A stretch of 64,000 nt of DNA from Squalus acanthias (Eukaryota): assembly GCA_030390025.1 (NCBI GenBank), contig CM059432.1, forward strand, positions 55,058,001-55,122,000. The letters run 5' to 3'. The position numbers and the translations under genes are program-made. Positions within the stretch are counted from its first letter, which is position 1. Each line of letters opens with the position of its first letter. Under the pieces are notes generated by a model. It was given only the letters and a program-made list of their open reading frames with translations, was not told where the DNA came from and made no database searches. Shown here piece by piece: positions 11,717-24,397 of the stretch.

Positions 11717-14406
11717 GCGCCCCCCCCAGCCGCACAGCGAATGATAGCGTTCCACTCTACCGGTCGTTGGATGCGCCAGGCGGTAAGGATGGGGGCGCCA
11801 CTGAAATTCTGCTCCGGGGCGCCACAAGGGCGTTGCACTCTCGTATGACGTCACAATCTGCCCGCGCAAGAGATCGCGGCGATAAAGTTTAGCGCCGCCG
11901 CTAAATGTCTAGTTAAGTTCCCGAGCGGCGCAAACATCGCTGCACCTGGGCGCTAGCTGCTTTGCGCCCCATTAGCGCCCTCTTAAGGCGCTAACGGGAG
12001 GCGCAACCAACTGAATTTTTCCCCCTGAATGTTTAAAAAATGTTTCTAGTCTGCAATATTATTTTTGGATTAGTACAGTTTTTAGAATTTCCAGTACTTT
12101 TCTCCAGCACTCATTCTAATCTTGTAGAAACATGGCAGAGATTAGAAAATAAGAACATAAGAAATAGGAGCAGGAGTAGGCCATTTGGCCCCTCGAGCCT
12201 GCTCCACCACTCAATAAGATCATGGCTGATCTTCTACCTCATCTCCACTTTCCTGCACTATCCCCATATCCCTTGATTCCCATAATATTCAAAAATCTAT
12301 CGATCTCAGCCTTGAATATACTTAACGACTGAGCCTCCACAGCCCTCTGGGGTAGAGAATGCCGAAGATTCACCACCCTCTGAGTGAAGAAATTTCTCCT
12401 CATCTCAGTCTGAAATGGCCGACCCCTTATTCTGAGACTGTGACCCCTGGTTCTAGACTCCCCGGCCAGGGGAAACATCCTCCCTGCATCTACCCTGTCA
12501 AGTCCTGTAAGAATTTTGTATATTTCAATGAGACCACCTCTCATTCTTCTAAACTCTAGAGAATATAGGCCTAGTCGACTCAATCTCTCCTCATAGGACA
12601 ATCCCTCCATCCCAGGAACCAGTCTGGTAACCTTCGTTGTACGCCCTCTATGGCAAGTATATCCTTCCTTAGGTAAGGAGACCAAAACTGTACACAATAC
12701 TCCAGGTGTGGTCTCACCAGGGCCCTATATAATTGCAGTAAGATGTCTTTAATCTTATACTCAAATCCTCTTGTAATAAAGGCCAACATACCATTTGCTT
12801 TCCTAATTGCTTGCTGTACCTGCATGTTAACTTTCAGTAATTCTTCTACAAGGACACCCAGGTCCCTCTGAACACCAACATTTCCCAATCTCTCACCATT
12901 TAAAAAATACTCTGCTTTTCTATTTTTCCTACCAAAGTGGATAACTTCACATTTCTCCACATTATAATCGATTTCCCATGTTCTCATCCACTCACTTAGC
13001 CTGTCTATATCCCCTTGAAGCCTCCTTGCATCCTCCTCACAATTTACATTCCCACCCAGCTTTGTATCATCAGCAAATTTGAATATATTACATTTGGTTC
13101 CCTCATCCAAATCATTGATGTAGATTGTGAATAGCTGAGGCCCAAGCACTGATCCTTGCGGTACCCCACTAGTTACAGCCTGCCAACCCGAAAATGATCC
13201 GTTTATTCCTACTCTCTGTTTTCTGACCATTAACCAATCCTCAATTCATGCTAGTATATTACCCCAATCCAATGAGCCCTAATTTTGTTTAATAACCTCT
13301 TGTGTGGCACCTTATCGAATGCCTTCTGAAAATCCAAATACACCACATCCACTGGTTCCCTCATATCTATTCTGCTAGTTACAACCTCAAAAAACTCTAA
13401 CAGATTCGTCAAACATGATTTTCCTTTCATAAATCCGTGTTGACTCTGCCCAATCCTAATATTATTTTCTAAGTGCCCTGTTACCACATCCTTAATAATA
13501 GATTCTAGCATTTTCCCTACTACTGATGTCAGGCTGACTGGTCTGTATTTCCCATTTTCTCTCTCCCTCCTTTCTTAAACAGTGGGGTTACATTTGCTAC
13601 CTTCCAATCCGCGGGAACCGTTCTAGAATCTATGGAATTTTGGAAAATGACAACCAATGCATCCACTATATAGCCACCTCTTTCAAAACCCTAGGATGCA
13701 GGCCATCAGGTCCAGGAGATTTATCAGCTTTCAGTCCCATTAATTTCTCCAGCACTATTTTTTTACTAATACTAATTTCTTTCAGTTCCTCATTCTCGCT
13801 AGAGCCTTGGTTCTCCACTATTTCTGGGAAGTTTTTTGCGTCTTCTTCCGTGAAGATAGACACAAAGGCCGTGAATTTGCCGGCGTTCAGAGGGCGAGTT
13901 TGGAGGCGGGTCGGGAGTAAAAACCAGAATGATTGACGGCGGGTTGCGAACTCGCCGCCATCCCACATCTACGCTACTTTGCCAAGTGTCGGGTCTGCGA
14001 GTCCCAATCAGACCCGACACCAAATGGCAGGTGAGGCACTTAAGGCAGTTAACAGCTTGTTACCTAACTTGCTAATCTTATTTTAACTGGCTGTTGCGAT
14101 TTTTGAGGTTTTTCTGTGTGTTGCCCGTCGTCAGACAAACACGCCGGCTGCATTGTGCTGGGTTTAGCGAGGAGCTGAATTGTTGGCAGCTGCTGGAGCA
14201 GCTTAAAAGCGATCCTACACCATGGCTGAGTTTGAGATGGCAAAAGTTTGTGCTTTGAGGTTTTGGCTAACATTTTGCAGCTCTACTGATCTTGTGAGTG
14301 TTCAAGCTGAGATCTATCTGCAGTTTGACCTCCTTGGAAGACCCTCTGGCCACTTGGACAGTGCACTTGCAACCTCTATTGATCAACTGAGTTATCCACC
14401 AGCAGA

Positions 14407-15649
14407 ATGGGAACCATTTATATCCTCTCATCCTGGTCGTCAGATTCGGAGGAAGAGCAGCCGCGGCAGCAGCACAACCAGGCGGAACAGCAGCACCAGC
14501 AACAGGAGCGCCAACCTTCTCCTCAGCCACATCATGATGAACAGGGCAGAGGGCGTCAGTGCAGGGCTGCACCTCGCCGTCGGAGATACCCCCACCACAG
14601 GGCTTACAGGCCGAGGATGCGCTTCCTCAGCATGAGTGAGCAGCAGTGCCAAAGGAGGCTGAGGCTTTCGCGAGAGGTAGTCGCAGACATCTGCACAATG
14701 CTGCACCAACACCTGGAGCCCAGAGGAGCGTGTGGACACTCCTTACCAGTGGCTGTTAAAGTCACCACCGCACTCAACTTCTTTGCTTTGGGCTCCTTCC
14801 AGGGATCAGCAGCAGACATCAGCAGCATATCCCAGTCGGCCGCACACACCTGCATCACGCAAGTTACCGATGCCCTCTTTGCAAAGTTGCACAATTATAT
14901 CCACTTCTCCACGGATGAAGCAAGTGTAACCTCGCGTGCGGCTGGAAGCAAATATGGCAGGCTTCCCAAAGGTACAGGGCGTCGTTGACTGCACACATGT
15001 GGCCTTAAGAGCACCCCATCACAACCCAGCTATATTTGTCAACCGCAAGAGCTTCGACTCCCTTAACGTCCAGCTGGTGTGTAACCACAGAAAGATCATT
15101 ATGCATGTTTGCATCAGGTACCCTGGCAGTTGCCATGACTCCTTCATCCTGCGGCAGTCAACTGTGCCTCCGCTCTTCAATCCACCAACCCAACTTTCTG
15201 GATGGCTACTTGGTGACAAGGGCTATCCCCTGAAAAAGTGGCTTGTGACACCGATGAGGAGGCCATCAAACGAGGCTGAGGAGCGGTACAATGTGAGCCA
15301 CATTTCCACCAGTAGCATCATAGAGCAAACCATTGGCTTGCTGAAAATGCGATTCCGATGCCTCGACAGATCTGGTGGAGCCCTGCAGTACGCACCAGCC
15401 AGGGTGTCCAGAATCATCGTGGTCTGCTGTGCCCTGCACAACATCACATAGCAGCGTGGCTTAGCGCTGACTGAGGAACAAGTGGCTCAGCGCAGAGCTT
15501 CCTCGGAAGAGGAGGAGGAGGAATAGGAGGAGGAGGAGGCAGCAGATGAGGGACGCCTTGCAGGGGCGGATGTGCCAATTCCAGCAGCACGCGATCACAT
15601 TGCTGGCCATGAGGCAAGGGATGCACTTATGCATGCCAGATTCGCGTAA
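14407..15649 (+). pseudogene. Harbinger B DDE transposase; frameshift near 14945, TAG at 15449 and in the acidic tail
   Basis: [26 protein letters not shown]; clearly homologous to transposase A. Confidence 0.93.
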
Positions 15650-15931
15650 TGTGACGCATCAACCACATATGGCTGGCACATGGAAATGAATGTCTGGCCG
15701 ACTTTCTTTACACACCATACATCATCTGTGCCATAAACTGTGGTTATCTCTCAATCTCACCACCATCATTACAGATGAAAGGTGCCCTGACCCTTCACTG
15801 TGCAACTTCCATTTCTGAGCAGTCATAGGCCAACTCTTTGAATCTTTGCCATGGCTTTTCTTTAATACAAAAGTTTGTCATCGTTATTATTAATGTATCA
15901 GATGAAAACACCCAAGTGAGTACCCTTGTGA

Positions 15932-17840
15932 CTATTTGTGTGTTAACTTTCTCTTACGCGTGCTTCTAAGTGGTGCTTCCCCTGTGGCTTCAACAGATGT
16001 AGAGGCAGCTTGCTCACTTCTCTGCTGTGCCTGCTTAGACGCCTTTGGCGGGCGTCCTCTGGGTTTGGGAGCCTGGGAGGGCTCCACAACAGTCTGCTCT
16101 TCCTGCAGCTGTGCAGGGGCTGAGATGGCCATCTCAGTTGGGTGCAGAATCTGGGGCTCTGACCGAGGGCTCCGCAGTGGCATGGTCATGTGAGCGCTTG
16201 GAGAGGAGCCCACACTTCCTTGTTGTCGGCCACCAACATCTCTCTCATGGGTCACCCGCACTTCAGTGCTAGCAAGTAGCTGGAGAGCACCTTGCTGAAC
16301 ATCAGTGGGGCCATGAGGACCCGTCTCTGTATTGACAGTCCTCATAACGGGGAAGTCCATGTACCTCTGGCGTCTCTCCTCAATAGATGCCCATCTATCC
16401 TCCATAGTAGACCATCTATTCAGAAGGGTCACCATGCTCTGTTGTGTCTGGCGAGTTATCTCCTCCATGGAGGTTGCCACCCTCTCCATGGCGGCACGTT
16501 AATGTGCCATTGCCTCCACCAAGGCAGTGCTGATGTTTGAGATGGACTCCTCCATTCTCTGCACACTTGCAGTTACTGTGGATGCGAACCCTGTCAGAGA
16601 CTCCTGCACTTGTTCCTGAAGTTCCAGCACCACTCTCCTTCTGGATGGCCCCAGAGGCACAGCGTCTACATGCAGCTGGGCAGAGCTAGGAGCGTCCTGT
16701 GACCTCCGGCGAGGACTCTCCACTGCTGTCACTGTCTCCACCATCTGCTGATGCTCACTTGTGAGCTGTGATACATCAGGTGACAATACTACTCTATGTC
16801 GCGCAGGACTCGCCAAGGTGTGCGTTTCTGCGCTGGTGCTGGGTGCACTGAGTCCTGGTGACGCTGCTCCCTCAGAGGCTGCAGGTTCCTCTGAGGAGTC
16901 GTCTGGCTCTTCCTCCTGGACAGTGGGGAGGGGGGCTCTTGATGGTCCTGTTGGAGAGTAAGGGCATGTGTTAGACATCTGATATTTAGGTAGCACACAC
17001 ATCCTATTGTGCAGATAATCAAAAGTCAATCTCTATGAACATCAAAGTCCTTTTTAGTCAATCATGAAATCTAAATGAGAGGGTTGAAAATCTATTCTGT
17101 CACCAGCTTCCTCTACTGCGCCTGTCTCTCCGTCCCCCACTTCCAGCTCCTCACCACCTCCCACGCTGTCGTGAGCAGCCTCCTCAGCGCTTGTCAATGT
17201 AGTGAGGGATGGTGGCCCTCCTCCTGTCGTCGCTCTCTCTATCTTATTGTGGGCTATCTTTTCCTGCAAGGAGGGACACAAGTGGAGTTTCAGCGAGATT
17301 GATGGATTGACTGAAGAATCCATAACATAGAAGCTTAGAGGGCGACCAAGATGGAGTGAGGTGCCAAGAGGAAGCTGCCTACCTGTTAATTGTTGTTGTC
17401 ATTGCATAACCGTGAGAGTGAGTGTGAGGGGTGCATAGTAGAATGGTGAAGTGATTCAGTGCAGAGACAGAGATGGATAGGTAAGGGTGCAAGGGAAGTA
17501 AGGGTAAGGTGGGATGTGGAGGAGCAGGCTGACAAAGCAGAGTGCTGGTGATGAGAAGAGAATGGAAGTAGATTGAAGGTAAGTGTGATGTGATACTCAC
17601 TTTTGATGGGCGCAGAAGATCATTGAAGCGTTTTCGGCACTGCACCCAGGTGCGTGAGCATAAGGACCTAGCACTTACCTCCTCAGCAATTTGCAACCAG
17701 GCTGCCTTTGTCTGCTGAGGAGGCTTCCTCCAGCTATCGAGAGGGAACAGAATCTCCCTGTACCCTCTTACTCCCTCCACAAGAGCTTGGAGGAAGTCCT
17801 CATCGAAGTGTGGGGCAGCCTTTGCTTTGCCAGCAATCAT
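15932..17840 (-). pseudogene. Harbinger B Myb/SANT-like protein, exons 17840-17601, 17263-17104, 16947-15932; one in-frame TAA at 16501-16499
   Basis: AWLQIAEEVS...WVQCRKRFNDL; GT-AG introns in phases 0 and 1 join ORFs in frame; basic C-terminus RSTRKRK. Confidence 0.88.
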
Positions 17841-18717
17841 GGTCACCTGGGCCGATTCCCACAGCAGCACAAATGAAATGATAAGCTGAAGCTACATGGG
17901 CCCCTTAAAAACAACTGAAGGAATGATGTCATCAGAGGCGATCAGCAGACCCGCTCCCACTCACTGGACTGGGCAGTGCACACGGCAGGCTTAATGAGCC
18001 CACTTAATTTAAAATCGCAAATTGGGAGCGGCTGAAACCGGCAGCGGGACCGGAACCCCCCCACCAGGCAACCCGACTCCAACCCGCCTCCTCCAATAAA
18101 ATCGCAGCCAAAGTATTTGTTTAATTTGTCTGCCATTTCCTTATTCCCCATTATAATTTCTCCTGTCTCAGCCTGTAAGGGACCCACATGTACTTTCGCT
18201 AATCTTTTCCTTTTTACATACCTATAGAAGCTTTTGCAGTTTGTTTTTATGTCTCTCCCTAGTTTACTCTCATTCTATTTTCCCTTTCTTTATCAATTTC
18301 TTGGTCCTCCTTTGCTGAATTCTAAAATCCTCCCAATCCTCAGGCTTACTACTCTTTTTGGCAACATTATAAGCCTCTTCCTTTGATCTAATACTATCTT
18401 TACCTTCTCTTGTTAGCCACTGTTGGACCACTTTTCCTGTGGGGTTTTTGTGCCTTAAAGGAATGTATATTTGTTGTAAATTATGTATTAATTCTTTAAA
18501 TGCTAGCCATTGCTTCTCTATCATCATACCTTTTAATGTAGTTTCCCAATCTACCTTAGCCAACTTGCCCCTCATACCTACGTAGTTTGCTTTGTTTAGA
18601 TTTAAGACCCTAGTTTGGGATTTAACTAAATCACTTTCAAACTCAATATAAAATTCTATCATATTATGGTCACTTTTCCCAAAAGGCCCCTTTACTACAA
18701 GGTTATTAATTAACCCT

Positions 18718-19947
18718 AAGACAAAAGCAAAATACTGCGGATGCTGGAAATCTGAAATAAAAACAGAAAATGTGGAAATACTCAGCAGGTCAGGCAGCAT
18801 CTGCAGAGAGAGAAACAGAGTTATCGTTTCAGGTCAATGACCCTTTGTCAGAAATTTTTCCTCAACCGAGGATTCTCCTCTACCGTGGTTGACACGGCCC
18901 TTGAACGTGTCCGTTCTATTTCCCGCACTTCTGCTCTCACCCCTTCCCCTCCCTTCCGGAAACACGATAGGGTTCCCCTTGTCCTCACCTTTCACCCCAC
19001 CAGCCTCCACATTCAACGGATCATCCTCCGCCATTTCCGCCACCTCCAGCGTGATCCCACCACCAAACACATCTTCCCCTCACCTCCCCTTTCAGCATTC
19101 TAAAGGGACCGCTCCCTCCGCGACACCCTGGTCCACTCTGTCACCCCCAACACCCCTTCCTCTTCGCCCGGCACCTTCCCGCGCAAGCGCAGGAGATGCA
19201 ACACCTGCCCTTTTACCTCCTCCCTTCCCACTGTCCAGGGCCCCAAGCACTCCTTCCAGGTGAAACAGCGATTTACTTGTACTTCTTGCAATTTAGTATA
19301 CTGTATTCGCTGCTCACGATGCGGTCCTCTCTACATTGGGGAGACCAAATGCAGATTGGGTGATCGCTTTGCGGAACACCTCCGTTCAGTCCGTAAGGGT
19401 GACCCTGAGCTTCCGGTCACCTGTCACTTTAATTCTCTGCTCCACTCCCACTCTGACCTCTCTGTCCTTGGCCTCTTATACTGTTCCAACGAAGCTCAAC
19501 GTAAGCTCGAGGAACAGCACCTCATCTTTCGATTAGGCACTTACAGCCTTCTGGACTCAACATCGAGTTCAACAATTTCAGACCTATAACCCCTGCCCCT
19601 ATTTTTTTTTCCACATGGCAGCTGTTGATGATTCTGCCATTGCCATTTACACCTCATCTAGACTCATCTTTTGTTTCTTAACTTGTCCCATTACCATCTC
19701 CTATTGCCTTGGACCATCATCCCTTTTGTCTCTTAATCTCTCCTGCCTTCCATCCTATCACAGACCTTCCCTTTTGTTCTTTCCTCTCCTCCCCCCTCTC
19801 CCTGCCCCTACACTTGCTTGAAAACCTTTTACATCTCCAACTTTTTCCAGTTCTGACAAAGGGTCATCGACCTGAAACGTTAACTCTGTTTCTCTCTCTA
19901 TAGATACTGCCTGACCTGCCGAGTATTTCCAGCATTTTCTGTTTTTA
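18718..19947 (+). mobile_element. 5'-truncated Penelope-like retroelement with inverted pLTR at the 5' end
   Basis: RT C-terminus, Cys-rich linker and GIY-YIG (NLVYCIRC..LYIGET..RFAEH); 18718-18853 is an inverted copy of the 19851-19947 pLTR; 13-15 bp TSD (TT)ATTAATTAACCCT 18703-18717 / 19948-19962. Confidence 0.93.
19849..19884 (+). ncRNA. Minimal type I hammerhead ribozyme-like motif in pLTR (core variant CTGACAA)
   Basis: AGTT-CTGACAA-A-GGGTC-ATC-GACCT-GAAACGTT-AACT: stem I, stem II, palindromic loopless stem III. Confidence 0.6.
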
Positions 19948-20659
19948 TTATTAATTAACCCTTTCTCATTGCACAATACTAGATCTAAAATAGCCTGTTC
20001 CCTCGTTGGTTCCTCAACATACTGACCTAGAAAATTATCTTGCATACATTCCATGAATTCGTCCTCCACACTATTACTGCAAATTTGGTTTGCCCAGTCT
20101 ATATGTAGATTAAAGTCCCCCATGATTACTGTATTACCCTTGTTACATGCACCTCTAATTTCCTGATTTATACTCTGCCTTACATTACAACTACTTTTTG
20201 GGGGCCTATAAACAACTCCAACCAATGTTTTCTGCCCCTTGCTGTTTCTTAGCTTCACTCAAACTGATTCTACTTCTTGATTTTCGGAGCTAAGATCCTT
20301 TCTCTCTACTGTCTTTATCCCATCCTTTATTATCAGGGCTACCCCGCCTCCCTTTCCATTTTGCCTATATCTTCTAAAAGTTAAGTATCCTGGAATATTT
20401 AGTTCCCATTAAGAAACCAAAATGGGGATTTGCAGATGTGACTTTGCGTCCTAGCACTGTGGTGCAGCAGGTTGCAGCTCCAGTGTGCTGCATCACTGCA
20501 TTGCTTTTCGTAGGCAATCAAGATTAACTGATCCGGTTAGATGGCCAATGAGCGCAATTTCCTGGTAGAGTACCATGTCCTTAGAACCTAACTTAATAGC
20601 CAAAACTTTATTGTTCCCCTTCATAAAAGAATCACGTAAAAGGACATGTAAAGACGATA

Positions 20660-21130
20660 TATCTACTTTTGTTTACCAATGTGGAATGCATAGGTTCTAT
20701 CCTAGAATAGGGGTCAGGAATTTCACCAAAAAGGGTTTGGATGAAAGAGGCCCTCTGGCCCATTTGATCTGATACCTCCAAAATACCAACCATACCCACT
20801 TAACATTACAGCATCTAGCTGTTTCTTAAATGAAGTCCAATATCTTAGCCTCAACAACCCTCCCAACTTGTGATTACACTCTGCATGAAAAACTTCCTAG
20901 TATCTATCTTAAACTTCATTTTCAGAATCCTAAGTCTGTGTTCTCTTGCCCTGCTTCCTTGGTATGTCCAAAAATACTGTTCTACATTTATCTTCATGCT
21001 GTTAATTAGCTAATGTCACTCTATAAGGTCCCCTCCCAGACATCTTTTCAAGCTGATAAGCCCTAGCACATCCTTCTAACACTGAGTATCAGCCTTGTTG
21101 CTCTCCTCTGCACTACCTCTAGGGCCTGGT
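20660..21130 (-). mobile_element. Old degenerate CR1 3' fragment
   Basis: Diverged similarity to the CR1 3' ORF2/UTR copies elsewhere in the window. Confidence 0.5.
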
Positions 21131-21136
21131 CCCATT

Positions 21137-22885
21137 GGCCTGGATCTTCAACCTTCGTCCACCTGAAAATGAGCACAAACATGGTGAGCATAGACAGAAA
21201 CCAGCTCAGAATCACGGGCCATCGAGTTTCTGGCCACGCATTTGTCCACTAGGTTTTCTCCTCAGACCCCTTCCCCCAAGCTTAAGATGTAATTCTACCA
21301 CTTGTCAGCAACTCAGCAGCTGCATATAAGTAAGGATAGGATGATATTATTTGCTAGATTTCCCATCATTTCACCCTACTGTATGCTACTTGTAAGGCCT
21401 GCTTGTACAGAATAGAGGGCCCAATACTCAAGAATATAAATTCTGATGGAGGCAATGAAATGCTGCCAAACTTCAAAAATCGTTTGAGTAAGTTGAGATT
21501 TTCAGTTCATATCAGGAGATCATTTATTTCTGCAGTCAGTTTTAGGCTGTGACCTTAAGGGTAACTATTCTTCAGGACTGAAGCTGTGAATCACGATCAA
21601 GAAGGTTTTAAAGGGTTCTGACAATCTCTTAAAGGGGAATTCCCCTTGCTTGCCAATGAAGATGACATTACCTCTGGGCATTCCTCTGTACCTGGCCTTC
21701 CTTGAAAATGAGGAGGAGGACCAAAAGGATGAGAGAAGGGTCTGTCTGCATAGGAAGCAAATAAAAGGGTGATGGATTATCCAGCCAACAAAGTATATAG
21801 AGCATGCAATTCTTACATCCAACTTTGAGGAGCAACACTTGAGATTCCAATAAGTACCAAGGAAATGTATTGCTTTATATTCAACATAAGAGGAACATGA
21901 TACTCAGTCATCCCCATGGTGCTTCCCTTTAGTGCGTCCACATGCCCTAGTACTTGTAGCTACCACTGAACTTCTGCTAGGTACCACCTCAATGCCTGAG
22001 TGCAGGGGTTGTCGGGCTGCTGATGGTCACTATGAACCTCATGGGTCTGATGTAGCTGTTCACTCTGGCAGCCATTTCCTGAAAAAGACTACCTATAGGT
22101 TGCATCTCCAGTACAATCATCTGGGCAACCTGGTCCTTTACTGCATACCAACATATTCAGGCATCTAGGGGATCTGAGAGAAAAAATTGGTGGACCTTCA
22201 TTACTGAGAGAATACTAGGTCCTGAGAAGACCAGCTTGCCAGACCACTGGTGCTGGGCACATTCTCTGAAAGACCATTATTTTCAGAAAAACAGCTCAAA
22301 TGGTCTCTATCAGAACTGTGAATCTCCTAATGATGCTTCTCCCAAGGAAGTCACCCAAGTTGCCAATGGACAGACAGCTGTGGGAGTGAGCATTGGCACT
22401 TCACAATGTCCAAACTGGTACACAGACAACATGGAAACTTTGGACTGGATTCTCTTCTTCAGGAAGGAGTTCCAGCCGGACGTGATTTCAGCCACCCCTC
22501 TGATTGCGTGGCCCCAATCCATTTCCCTGGGTTGGGGTTTATTTCTGATGTGTGGCGGGCTCCTGGTGGGATTCCTGCTGCCAAGAGGGAGCCCATCAGT
22601 GACTGGCAGCAATATTCCAGTGGTGTTGCAATGGGATCATCACTGCAGCAGCAGAAGAGGCATCGAGGCATTTAAAGGAGCAGAAGAGCCCCAAAGATTG
22701 GCAGCCTTGGCAGAGACTGAGGCCACTTTCCCTTCTGCCATTTGCATGCAGCAAGTGGGGAAGGAGCAGCCAGCAGCGCTCTCAGCAGGGACAGTGGGAG
22801 AGGGGCAGTGAAGCAGCAATTTTTCCTCATTCTCTGCTGCTATCCTGCCTGAAATCAGGTGGGATCATGGAGGAGAATCCAGCCC
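21137..22885. mobile_element. Old non-autonomous Harbinger derivative with transposase N-terminal remnant (+, ~21680-21850)
   Basis: TIR GGCCTGGATCTT / AGAATCCAGCCC, ATT TSD both sides; DYPANKVYRACNSYIQL..EEQHLR resembles [24 protein letters not shown] of transposase B. Confidence 0.7.
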
Positions 22886-22959
22886 ATTGGTCATGCCAAA
22901 AGGACAACAGATAAGATGGTGCCAGCGAGTCCTTCAGTGGGGTGGGTTGCACATGTGCC

Positions 22960-23055
22960 TCGCCCATCCTGGTCAAGTCATTAATTTTTTTCGGCGTTGT
23001 GTAGCTAATCTGGGGGTTGTGGAGGTGGCATGTCTGCTGCATTTCCGCCAAGTAA
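22960..23055 (-). pseudogene. Decayed Harbinger Myb exon 1 remnant
   Basis: PKKINDLTRM resembles RKKFNDLTRV. Confidence 0.45.
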
Positions 23056-23721
23056 AGAACAGTGGGATGTCTAGGTCATTATGTTGTGGTGAACAAAACT
23101 GTATGCAGCAGTTCAGATGCACTTGACCAGATTATTGTATAACATTAGCATGACCTCTGGGGATTTGAACTCATTTGATTTGGCATTGAGTGTAATAGCA
23201 ATAAACTGTTATGACAAGGGCTCTAGAAGTGGCCAAAATATGTTGTAAATCTCATAACCAAAGGCACATTCTAGATAATTTTTACCCAGTGAGCAACAAT
23301 TTATTCATAATAGTTAACAGTATGGACTTTTCTTTCTGTAATTTTAATAGGGATATTGTACTTCCCTCCTTTTGCCTTCCTTTCAACCCTTCATTGTTGG
23401 TCATCTTCTCCTTGAGCATCTGTTTCAGGTCATTAAGGCTGCAGTTATACTGCCACTTTCGCAAAATGGTTTAAGACATCTCTTTGTCCCGTAATCAGCA
23501 TTAATCTGCATGTTCTATGCAGTTGTAATAGTAACAAATGCATTCATATCTGTGGAGTGCTACAGATTTGTGGAGTGCTTTTACTATAAATTATAAAGGA
23601 AAAAAAAGCACATGCTTGCTGTTTTCTGTAATCACTTGGAGTTGAGCAAGAACATGGAAACTTTATTGTATAATAAATTTAGATGCCACACATTTTTTTC
23701 TACGTTCGAATTTTTAGAGGT

Positions 23722-23997
23722 TGAGGCATATGCATTCATTTGAAGAGACTCCATGACGTAAGAAAACTACCAGGCACTTGGTCTAAGCATTAACCAAAGC
23801 TTTAATCAACTGTTTTACAACATGGAGGTCTAGTTGTGTCCTTCACTAGTTCCTGTTAAGAATGTCCTGCGCAAGCTGGGCCCGTGCCCGAGTATTTATA
23901 CTCTCCCTGGACAGCGCCACCCGCAGGCCACTCAGTATTATTTCATAAGTCTTTCTTCCATGAATGACAGATTCATGTCACTCCATATATAACTACA
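23722..23997 (-). mobile_element. Possible solo LTR
   Basis: Minus strand starts TGTAGT, contains TATAAATA and ATTAAA, ends in CA; no matching TSD found. Confidence 0.35.
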
Positions 23998-24397
23998 TAA
24001 TGCAAGAAATCTACCTTAATGTGCCTTTCCAGAATGCATTTATCTTTTGTCTATCCTTACATCATTTGGAATAGGTTGACGGTTCTCTATAATGCTGTCA
24101 TTAAAATACCAGAATATTCTCCAGAGATCATTTTTTTTCTTATCTTTTCAAATTGGTCTAGATTGCTCATGGAACCCAATTTTATCACGATCCTTTAGAT
24201 CAACATACACACAAGCTGAGCCCAATGACCTTTGGAACCCATGTCAGGGCCAATTACCTATAAAAATATGGTTACATTAGGCTTAATCAGAGGATGTTTG
24301 AGTAAGAAAAATAGATTGAAATAAAATTGCCTCAATGATAGAAAGTATTTTTTAAATTCTGCTAGATTATCCCTGAACTCTGGGGGAAAAAAATATG

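Larger units (their letters stand above)
7787..12025. mobile_element. Full-length PIF/Harbinger transposon A (4239 bp)
   Basis: Perfect 16-bp TIR GGGGGAAAAATTCAGT (7787-7802 / 12010-12025), TGA TSD (7784-7786 / 12026-12028), convergent Myb and DDE transposase genes. Confidence 0.97.
13867..18109. mobile_element. Full-length PIF/Harbinger transposon B (4243 bp) nested in CR1
   Basis: Imperfect 12-bp TIR GGCCGTGAATTT / AAAATCGCAGCC; AAA TSD 13864-13866 / 18110-18112; CR1 reads through GACAC-AAA-GTATT. Confidence 0.95.
12149..20410 (-). mobile_element. CR1 LINE (APE to 3' tail, ~2.8 kb when reconstructed), split by Harbinger B and a Penelope insertion
   Basis: GDFN/LDLVL (19963-20258), SDH (~18670), QHGF, LDFQKAFDKV, QGSVLGP, FADD; tail at 12149; sequence rejoins across both inserts. 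Confidence 0.95.

Noticed and set aside
22236..22811. 191-aa ORF with a hydrophobic stretch
   Set aside because: Non-ATG start, inside a decayed Harbinger derivative, no recognisable family
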